DNA of 32,000 bases from Nitratidesulfovibrio vulgaris str. Hildenborough (GTDB lineage: Bacteria > Desulfobacterota > Desulfovibrionia > Desulfovibrionales > Desulfovibrionaceae): NCBI RefSeq assembly GCF_000195755.1, contig NC_002937.3:690001-722000 (forward strand), in the 5' to 3' direction. The position numbers and the translations under genes were made by a program. The notes below the pieces were generated by a model. It worked only from the letters and a program-made list of their open reading frames with translations. It made no database searches and was not told the DNA's origin. This document shows, piece by piece, positions 24,377 to 32,000 of the stretch; within the stretch, counting starts at the first letter, position 1; each line of letters opens with the position of its first letter.

Positions 24377-24818
24377 CCTACCATCACGGCGCGCCCGCCC
24401 TACCTGCCCCTGAGCGCCCCTGTGGTCTTCAGTCGTGTCCGGCGTACACTTCCTGATGGCGCACCATCGCCCTGTCATGAACGCAGCGACTGTTGCATGG
24501 CGCCGCATGTTCGTCACGAGATTCATGTATATGAAATTTGTTTGTGATGTATGTATATGCAATGCGATATCAATATGTTGTTGCGTCCATGTCTTTCAGT
24601 TGCGTTCCCGTCTGAAGGAGAGAGGTATGAGTAGGGAGCGTATGGTAGGGTGGCCCGTATATCCATGTGAGCACTACTGCAGTGAGCAGGATGATGGGTG
24701 ATAATCCTACCTTGAGGCGCATATCGAATATGATATGAATGCTGCACTTCTTTGTAGTGTAAGCATGGCAATGAAGAGTGTGTGTCGTTAATCTATAAAG
24801 CATGATCGGAGTTCACCT

Positions 24819-26858
24819 GTGCGCATTGGAATCATGCAGAAGTTGCTTCTCCCGATAATAGGCGTTGTCATCATTGGCTTGGGAACAAGTGCATGGATCG
24901 CTTATGAAGCATCGAGTGTTGCCGTCAGTGAAGCGCTTGTCGAGCAGCAGGCTATTGCTGTCGATGCACTGAGGAGAGAGCTTTCTGGCCTCGTGGACTC
25001 CTGCAGGCGTGATGTCGAGCTGGATGCCGATTCATATGAGATCATGCGGTATTTCGCATCGCAAGATGCAGAACGGGAATCCGCGCTCGAAGCCGTGCGC
25101 CGTATGTTCGAATCGCGCATAAGCCGTAGGCCGCTACTCCAGACGTTGTCGCTGGTCGGCCCTGATGGTGCCGTGCTGGCAAGTAACAGAAAGGACGGCA
25201 ATGCCATCAACGTCTCCTCCCGCGATTATTTCAGAAAGGCCATGTCAGGCGAGGTCGCCATCTCCGACGTGTTCGCCAGTGGCATCGACGGGAACCCCAT
25301 CTTCGTCGTAGCGGCCCCCGTAAGGGTCTCGGGTCGCATCGCAGGGGTGGTCTACAGTGCCGTGAAGCTACAGGGGCTTTCAGAAGGTGCCGTGTCCCGT
25401 GTCAAGGTGGGCAAGCGGGGATATGCCTTCATTGCGGATGCCAAAGGTCGTGTCCTGGCTCATCCCCGGCGCGACCTCATCATGAAGCTTGACCTCTCCA
25501 CGATGGAGTGGGGGCGCGAGATGCTTGGCAAGGACGCTGGCGTGGTGCGCTATCTGTTCGAAGGGCAGGAGAAGATCGTCGCCTTCGAGCGTGAGCCTGT
25601 GACGCGCTGGATGGTTGGGGTCACGGCTGAACAGTCGGACATCTTCGACAGCATCGTCTCCATCCGCAACAGGAGCGCCTTGGCCGCTGGTGTGGTGTTG
25701 CTGTGTATCGTCGGCGTCGGGGTGTTCGTTGTACGCGGCATCTCGCAGGCCCTGGGGGAAGGGGTGCGTTTCGCCACGGACGTGGCGGCGGGGGACCTTT
25801 CGCGTGACATCAACCTGAACCGGAACGACGAACTCGGACAACTCGCCTCGGCCCTGACGACCATGGTGAAGAGGCTGCGGGAGATGATCGCCACCGCAGA
25901 GCAGAAGACCTCCGAGGCCGAAGCACAGAGCCTTGCCGCACAGGAGGCCACCCGTGTCGCCGAAGAGGCCCGCAGGCAGGCCGAAGGTGCCCGCCGCGAA
26001 GGTCTGCTTGATGCAGCGGGCCGTCTCGAAGGCATCGTCATGCGTGTCACCTCGGCTTCCGAACAGCTGGCCGCGCAGGTCGAGCAGTCTTCGCGCGGTG
26101 CCGACCTCCAGCGTGAGCGCTCGGCAGAGGCCGCCACGGCCATGGAGGAGATGACCGCCACCGTGATCGAGGTGGCCCGTAATGCCTCAGAGGCGTCGGA
26201 AAGCGCCGACAAGGCCAGACAGCAGGCCACCGATGGTGCAGGTGTCGTCCTGTCCATGGTCGAGGCCATCGGCACGGTGGACGCCCAGACGGGCGAACTG
26301 CGCGGCAGCCTCGGCACCCTTGGAGAAAGGGCCGAGGGTATCGGACAGATCATGACGGTCATCTCGGACATCGCCGACCAGACGAACCTGCTGGCCCTCA
26401 ACGCCGCCATCGAGGCGGCTCGTGCCGGGGATGCGGGGCGCGGCTTTGCCGTCGTGGCCGACGAGGTGCGCAAACTGGCCGAGAAGACCATGAACGCCAC
26501 TCGCGAAGTGGGCGAAGCGGTGCGCGCCATCCAGAACGGTACGCGTGACAGTATCGCCGGAATGGAACAGGCGTCCATGTCGGTGGGGCGCAGTAATGAA
26601 CTGGCGGGGTTGGCTGGCGCTGCGTTGCAACGCATCGTGACGTTCGTCGAGGCCAGTGCCGATCAGGTGCGGTCCATCGCCACCGCCAGCGAAGAACAGT
26701 CCGCAGCCAGCGAACAGATAAGCCGCGGTACGGAAGAAGTGAACCGCATCGCCGCCGAGACCGCCGACGCCATGCGGCAGTCTGCGCAGGCGGTCACCGA
26801 ACTCGCCGCCATGGCGCAGGAACTTCAGCAACTTATCGAGCGCCTCAAGCAGGGGTAG
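24819..26858 (+). CDS. Methyl-accepting chemotaxis protein with a periplasmic dCache-type sensor and a HAMP domain
   Basis: GTG 24819 (GGAG 8 nt upstream) or ATG 24834. TM1 is [21 protein letters not shown]. The Cache-like block is [18 protein letters not shown]2 is [18 protein letters not shown]. The conserved signalling hairpin is [38 protein letters not shown]. Confidence 0.93.
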   Translation: MRIGIMQKLLLPIIGVVIIGLGTSAWIAYEASSVAVSEALVEQQAIAVDALRRELSGLVDSCRRDVELDADSYEIMRYFASQDAERESALEAVRRMFESRISRRPLLQTLSLVGPDGAVLASNRKDGNAINVSSRDYFRKAMSGEVAISDVFASGIDGNPIFVVAAPVRVSGRIAGVVYSAVKLQGLSEGAVSRVKVGKRGYAFIADAKGRVLAHPRRDLIMKLDLSTMEWGREMLGKDAGVVRYLFEGQEKIVAFEREPVTRWMVGVTAEQSDIFDSIVSIRNRSALAAGVVLLCIVGVGVFVVRGISQALGEGVRFATDVAAGDLSRDINLNRNDELGQLASALTTMVKRLREMIATAEQKTSEAEAQSLAAQEATRVAEEARRQAEGARREGLLDAAGRLEGIVMRVTSASEQLAAQVEQSSRGADLQRERSAEAATAMEEMTATVIEVARNASEASESADKARQQATDGAGVVLSMVEAIGTVDAQTGELRGSLGTLGERAEGIGQIMTVISDIADQTNLLALNAAIEAARAGDAGRGFAVVADEVRKLAEKTMNATREVGEAVRAIQNGTRDSIAGMEQASMSVGRSNELAGLAGAALQRIVTFVEASADQVRSIATASEEQSAASEQISRGTEEVNRIAAETADAMRQSAQAVTELAAMAQELQQLIERLKQG

Positions 26859-26897
26859 CTTCAGCAGATATCGTGCTGCCTGCTGGATAGACACGGA

Positions 26898-26927
26898 ACG
26901 CCCTCCATCCTCACCGATGGAGGGCGT
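26898..26927. terminator. Perfect 12-bp stem-loop between convergent genes (MCP + / cbiL -)
   Basis: ACGCCCTCCATC-ctcacc-GATGGAGGGCGT, starting 40 nt after the MCP stop. Followed by CTTG, a weak U-tract. Confidence 0.65.
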
Positions 26928-27067
26928 CTTGCGTCATGCCTGTGCCCCTGCGAGCCTTCGTCCCTCGTTATCGCGGTGTCCGTGCAGGCACGGGCCTGCT
27001 GCCTCGTCGGCATTCGTCATGCCTGTGACCGGACGGGCACCGCCTTTGAAGGGGGCTGCGAACGGGC

Positions 27068-27838
27068 CTAGTCCGCCGTCTCGTCCGCTTCCGCGTCCGA
27101 GGTGCTCTCGGCGGTATGTTCCGGGTTGCCATGTTTGCGGTCGGTGACCAGCAGCAGGCTGAGGTAGTGGGGATGTTCGGGGGCCGCGTGGAGGTCGCGG
27201 GCGACCACCTCTCCCTCCATGCCGAGGCGCGACACGAACACGGTGTCGCGTGTGGCTTCATGGCTGGCAAGCATGGTGCGTATCGAACTGAAGTTGCGAT
27301 ACGCCTTGAGGATGACAGCGTTGTCGGCCCGCGTGAGGGCGGTGTCCAGCCGTGCGGCGTCCTGTATGCCTGCAAGCAGGAGCAGGTTCTCGCCCGATTC
27401 GCAGAGGATGGTGCGGGTCTTGGCTGCTGCGGCCTGATAGGAGGTCACACCCGGTATGACCTCCACCGGCAGGTCGGGTGCGAGTGCCGTGAGTGTGCGC
27501 AGCAGATAGCCGAAGGTGCTGTAGATGAGCGGGTCGCCAAGCGTGAGGAAGGCCGCGTTCCGGCCCGTACGCAGCACCGCTTCGACGGCGTCGGCATTGG
27601 CCTTCCACGCGGCGGTGAGCACGGACTGGTCACGGGTCATGGGAAAGTCGAGCCTTTCGATGGTCACGTCGTGCCGCAGGTGGGGGCGGGCGATATCGAG
27701 GGCTACGGAGTAGTCGTTGCGCGACGATGCGGCGGCGAAGACCACATCGACCCTGGCGAGGGTCGAGACGGCGCGCAATGTCAGAAGGTCGGGTGCGCCG
27801 GGGCCGACGCCGATGCCGTAGAGTGTTCCGGGTTGCAT
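27068..27838 (-). CDS. cbiL: Precorrin-2 / cobalt-factor II C20-methyltransferase (CobI/CbiL)
   Basis: Internal ATG 27838, 1 nt after the upstream gene's stop. Motifs are LYGIGVGPGAPDLLTLRA, FPMTRD, FLTLGDPLIYSTFGYL and IPGVTSYQAAAA. Carries an acidic C-terminal tail. Confidence 0.9.
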   Translation of the reverse strand: MQPGTLYGIGVGPGAPDLLTLRAVSTLARVDVVFAAASSRNDYSVALDIARPHLRHDVTIERLDFPMTRDQSVLTAAWKANADAVEAVLRTGRNAAFLTLGDPLIYSTFGYLLRTLTALAPDLPVEVIPGVTSYQAAAAKTRTILCESGENLLLLAGIQDAARLDTALTRADNAVILKAYRNFSSIRTMLASHEATRDTVFVSRLGMEGEVVARDLHAAPEHPHYLSLLLVTDRKHGNPEHTAESTSDAEADETAD

Positions 27839-27839
27839 A

Positions 27840-28847
27840 TCAGTTCCTTGCGGTCGTTGTATTCGTGTCGAATGCGGCAGGGTGGAGAAAGCGGGCCAGT
27901 TGTTCCACGGCCTCGACGGAACGGGGGCCGGGGCGTGAGAAGGCATGTTCGTCCACCTTGAGCACACGCCCGTCGCGTATGGCGTCAAGGGCGGTGAAGT
28001 GGGGGCGCTGGTCGGGGGCGACGGGGGTCGGGTTCATGGGGCCGTACTGGTAGACGTAGGCATCCGGCGCCATGCGAAGCAGTTCTTCCTCGTTCAGGCG
28101 GACGACCCGTCCGGGCTGCTGGACGGCGTTGACCCCGCCAGCACGGGTGATGATGTCGTTGACGATGGAATCGGCCCCGGCAGCCAGCAGGTTGGGGTAA
28201 CGCACCTCGAAGACCACGCGTGGCGGATGCTGTGTGTGGTCCTTGCCGTCGGCTGTCCCTGTGTCGTGCGGCTGGCGTGCGATGGCCCCCGCCACGGTGT
28301 CGAGGCGTGCCGTCCATCGGGCTTCGAGGGCGGCGGCATCCTGTTCCGCCCCTGTGAGCGTCCCCATGCGATGCAGCACGGAGAAGAGGTCGCCGAACGA
28401 GGCGACCCTGAACACGGCGACGGGAATGCCGAGGGCGCGCAGGGCGTCGACGGAGGTTGCCGCCTCGCGTCGTCCCTCCATCTGGAGGATGAGGTCGGGT
28501 GCCAGCCCCGCGACGAGTTCAGGGTTCGGACGCATGTGCGTGCCTATGGCAGGGAGTCCGGCGAGGGCGGGAATCGCTTCGTCGGCATCCGTGCGGGCGA
28601 CGATGCGCCCACTCTGCCCCATCTCCACCAGAATCTCGTTGAACGCCCCGTACAGGGCGATGATGCGCCGCGCAGGGGCTTCGAGCGTGATGACGGTCCC
28701 GGTGTCGTCGGTGCAGGAGACGGGCGCGGCCTCACATGGCGCGGTGTGCAGCACCATGAGGCACACCAGCAGCACCCACACCCGGAACGATGCTCGCCTG
28801 TGGTGTGCCGGTGACGGGGTGCGGGTGGACGGTGATGCGCGTCTCAT
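27840..28847 (-). CDS. Periplasmic substrate-binding protein of an iron-siderophore/cobalamin/haem-type (cluster A, FecB/BtuF-like) ABC importer
   Basis: RIIALYGAFNEILVEMG...AGLPAIGTHMRPNPELVAGLAPDLIL is typical of the Peripla_BP_2 family. Signal-like segment is HHRRASFRVWVLLVCLMVLHTAPCEA. Start is uncertain: ATG 28847 is used, ATG 28871, GTG 28781 and ATG 28757 are possible, and none has a good SD. Confidence 0.8.
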   Translation of the reverse strand: MRRASPSTRTPSPAHHRRASFRVWVLLVCLMVLHTAPCEAAPVSCTDDTGTVITLEAPARRIIALYGAFNEILVEMGQSGRIVARTDADEAIPALAGLPAIGTHMRPNPELVAGLAPDLILQMEGRREAATSVDALRALGIPVAVFRVASFGDLFSVLHRMGTLTGAEQDAAALEARWTARLDTVAGAIARQPHDTGTADGKDHTQHPPRVVFEVRYPNLLAAGADSIVNDIITRAGGVNAVQQPGRVVRLNEEELLRMAPDAYVYQYGPMNPTPVAPDQRPHFTALDAIRDGRVLKVDEHAFSRPGPRSVEAVEQLARFLHPAAFDTNTTTARN

Positions 28848-29547
28848 AGATGGCGGATAGGGCTTGTTCATCGAAGACCTGTGCGACAGGCCCGTCGAGG
28901 ACGACCCTGCCCGATTTGAGAAAGACCAGCCGCGTACAGTACAGGGCGGCGAGATTGATATCATGGATGGCCGCCACGATGCGCAGCCCGTGCCGGTGGC
29001 GTTGGGCCAGCAGGTCGAACACCTCCACCATGCGGGCGACGTCAAGCCCGGCAGTCACCTCGTCGAGAAGCAGCGTGTCGGTGTCCTGCGCCAACGCCCG
29101 GGCCACGAGCACCCGTTGCAGTTCCCCCCCCGAGAGGGTGGCGGCACTGCGGCGCGCGAGGTGGGCTGTGCCGGTGGCGGCAAGGGCGGCCGCGGCCGCG
29201 TCATGGTCGACGGCCGTGTACCCCCGAAGCGGCCCCGTGTGCGGGTAACGTCCCATGAGGACGAGAGAGAAGGCGTCCACATCCGGGATGACCTCGGGGC
29301 GTTGCGGTACGGTGGCGATACGCCGTGCACGTTCGCGCGGGGCCATGGCGGCAAGGGGCGTGCCGTCCAGAAGCACGTCACCGCCACGGGCAGGCAGGAC
29401 ACCGGAAAGGGCGAGCAGCAGCGTCGTCTTGCCGCTGCCGTTGGGGCCGAGAAGCCCGACGAGTTCGTCTTGCGCGATGCGAAGGTCGATGCCGTGCAGC
29501 ACCTCCGTCTGCGCATACCCCGCATGGAGAGCACGACATTCCATCAT
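28732..29547 (-). CDS. ABC transporter ATP-binding protein (FecE/BtuD-like)
   Basis: Walker A is GLLGPNGSGKTT. Signature is LSGGELQRV. Walker B is LLLDE. Its ATG overlaps the permease stop by 4 nt. The C-terminus runs about 25 aa past the usual end, into the binding-protein ORF. Confidence 0.9.
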   Translation of the reverse strand: MMECRALHAGYAQTEVLHGIDLRIAQDELVGLLGPNGSGKTTLLLALSGVLPARGGDVLLDGTPLAAMAPRERARRIATVPQRPEVIPDVDAFSLVLMGRYPHTGPLRGYTAVDHDAAAAALAATGTAHLARRSAATLSGGELQRVLVARALAQDTDTLLLDEVTAGLDVARMVEVFDLLAQRHRHGLRIVAAIHDINLAALYCTRLVFLKSGRVVLDGPVAQVFDEQALSAIYETRITVHPHPVTGTPQASIVPGVGAAGVPHGAAHRAM

Positions 29548-30599
29548 GGGCGTTCCCGCCGTTGTTCGCGTTGCAGCAACAGGCAGAAGAACGGCCCGCC
29601 CACGAGGGCGGTGACGACCCCCACAGGCAGTTCAGCACCGCCGGAAAGCAGCGTGCGGGCCACTACGTCGGACCATAGCAGCAGGATGCCGCCCCCGAAC
29701 CACGCCCCGATGAGCAGCGGGCCGTGCGCCGCGCCAAGCACCAGTCGCAGCAGGTGCGGTACCACGAGTCCGACGAAGCCGATGACCCCCGAGACGGCGA
29801 CGCAGCCTGCTGTGATGCAGCTGGCCCCGCACAGGAGCACGCAGCGCACGTAGCCCGTCCTCATGCCCAGTTGACTCGCCTGCGTGTCGCCGAGGGCGAG
29901 CACGTCGAGGTCGCGCGCATGGCGCACGACGGCGGCAAGTCCGAGCACCAGCGGCGGCAGCAACACGGCGGTATGCGCCCAGCCACGGCCTTGCAGGCTG
30001 CCCATGATCCAGAAGACGATGCTCGATACCGACTCCTCGTCCAGCGCCTTCACGAGTGATACCAGCGCGGCGAGAAAGGTGGAGACCACCACCCCGGCGA
30101 GCACGACCGTCTCGCGGCGGAACGACCCGGCTGCCGTGCCGAGAAGCAGGACGAGCGACAAGGCGGCGAACGCACCGAAGAGCGCAGCCGGGGTCACCAC
30201 GCCGAGCCCCGCCACGAGGGCGGGGGCGACAGCAGCGGGCAGGGTTACGCCAAAGCTGATGGCGACGCTGGCGCCGAGGGCCGCGCCGCTGGAGACGCCG
30301 AGCGTGAAGGGGTCGGCGAGCGGGTTGCGCAGCACGCCTTGAAAGACGACCCCTGCCATGGCGAGTCCGCCACCGACCAGCAGCGAGAGGCAGACGCGTG
30401 CGAGGCGGATGTCCCCCACCACCAGAAGGCGTATGGGGTCCACATGGCCGGATACGGGGACACCCGCCGCTGCACCGAGCAGACGCATGACCTCAGCAGG
30501 GCCGATGTCGAACGGCCCGAAGAGGCAGGCTGCGGGCACGGAGAGCAGCCAGAGGGCGGCCCCCAGTGCCAGCGCGGTGCGGCGGCGGATGCGTGACAT
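29544..30599 (-). CDS. FecCD/BtuC-family ABC transporter permease
   Basis: 351 aa with roughly 9-10 hydrophobic helices. Family-like blocks are LRNPLADPFTLGVSSGAALG and GVIGFVGLVVPHLLRL. The start lies 1 nt after the cbiK stop. Confidence 0.9.
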   Translation of the reverse strand: MSRIRRRTALALGAALWLLSVPAACLFGPFDIGPAEVMRLLGAAAGVPVSGHVDPIRLLVVGDIRLARVCLSLLVGGGLAMAGVVFQGVLRNPLADPFTLGVSSGAALGASVAISFGVTLPAAVAPALVAGLGVVTPAALFGAFAALSLVLLLGTAAGSFRRETVVLAGVVVSTFLAALVSLVKALDEESVSSIVFWIMGSLQGRGWAHTAVLLPPLVLGLAAVVRHARDLDVLALGDTQASQLGMRTGYVRCVLLCGASCITAGCVAVSGVIGFVGLVVPHLLRLVLGAAHGPLLIGAWFGGGILLLWSDVVARTLLSGGAELPVGVVTALVGGPFFCLLLQREQRRERP

Positions 30600-30600
30600 G

Positions 30601-31797
<1,197 letters not shown>

Positions 31798-31803
31798 TCG
31801 TGC

Positions 31804-31833
31804 GGCATAGGCCGTAGGTGGACGACGTGTCAA
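31804..31833 (-). promoter_or_regulatory. Candidate sigma-70 promoter driving the riboswitch-cbiK operon
   Basis: On the minus strand: TTGACA (31833-31828), an 18-nt spacer, then TATGCC (31809-31804). The predicted start falls a few nt before riboswitch P1. Confidence 0.4.
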
Positions 31834-32000
31834 GCATGCTGCCGTGTGCGCCGGTCGCGACAGTGTCGTGCCTGCGTGAAGCCGCGGGCTTCGGGCATGT
31901 GCCCCGGCCTAGACATGCCGTGGGCCTATGGCAGAGTGCCCCGCGGGTCTCGGCGTCAGGGGTACCATCAGGAGGGGCACCATGGGACATCGGGGGCCAT

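Noticed and set aside
24542-24547. TTGTGA, resembling a CRP/FNR (HcpR-type) half-site.
   Set aside because: The partner half-site 6 nt downstream reads TATATG, not TCACAA, so there is no palindrome.
24435-24803. Larger ORFs in the AT-rich spacer: the 88-aa plus-strand ORF with CxxCxC...CCC, and the 82-aa and 77-aa minus-strand ORFs.
   Set aside because: The Cys-richness derives from a TG/TA low-complexity repeat. There are no SDs. The minus-strand 77-aa ORF has one hydrophobic stretch but poor initiation context. Only the short SD-preceded ORF at 24627 is kept, as a low-confidence finding.
29124-29131. C8 tract (G8 on the coding strand) in the ABC ATPase gene.
   Set aside because: It encodes the conserved LSGGE signature (tcg-ggg-ggg-gaa), so it is explained by motif plus GC-rich codon choice. 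I do not treat it as a phase-variation site.
31982-32000. Possible start of a plus-strand gene (ATG 31982, with GGAGG at 31971-31975) at the right edge.
   Set aside because: Only 6 codons are visible (MGHRGP), so coding status cannot be judged from this window.

Overview
High-GC (hand-counted lines mostly above 60% G+C) chromosomal segment with Desulfovibrio-type content. Gene order recalls the nrfHA region of Desulfovibrio (Nitratidesulfovibrio) vulgaris, but that is recall, not a search result. I support 26 protein-coding genes (one truncated at the left edge), one tRNA-Glu(UUC), one cobalamin riboswitch, several stem-loop terminators and a few candidate promoters.

Gene content, left to right:
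- A haem-c DUF3365 sensor protein, divergent from nrfH-nrfA (cytochrome c nitrite reductase).
- An ACT-domain protein, ptb and buk, followed by a lower-GC TetR gene.
- A secreted DUF4139 protein and a cupin.
- A minus-strand GT39 glycosyltransferase, YkgJ-like Cys-cluster protein and PBP1A.
- A REC-REC-GGDEF diguanylate cyclase, an FAD-dependent oxidoreductase and a polytopic membrane protein.
- tRNA-Glu, then fapA(DUF342)-motA-motB.
- An alpha/beta-hydrolase-fold protein and a ThiF/E1-like protein.
- A roughly 42% GC intergenic island leading into a dCache chemoreceptor.
- A tightly packed minus-strand operon, cbiK (with export signal), FecCD-type permease, ATPase, binding protein and cbiL, under a clear B12 riboswitch.

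I see no CRISPR array, transposase, integrase or prophage signature, so most of the window looks like core chromosome.

The least explained spots:
1. The alpha/beta-hydrolase whose nucleophile Ser is Gly, next to an orphan E1-like enzyme and an AT-rich region holding a well-initiated 24-codon ORF.
2. A perfect 15-bp inverted repeat enclosing 63 nt upstream of the membrane-protein gene.
3. A 14-bp tandem repeat plus sigma-54-like boxes between the haem sensor and nrfHA.

None of these is proven to be a new system. All functional calls rest on motif recognition by eye.
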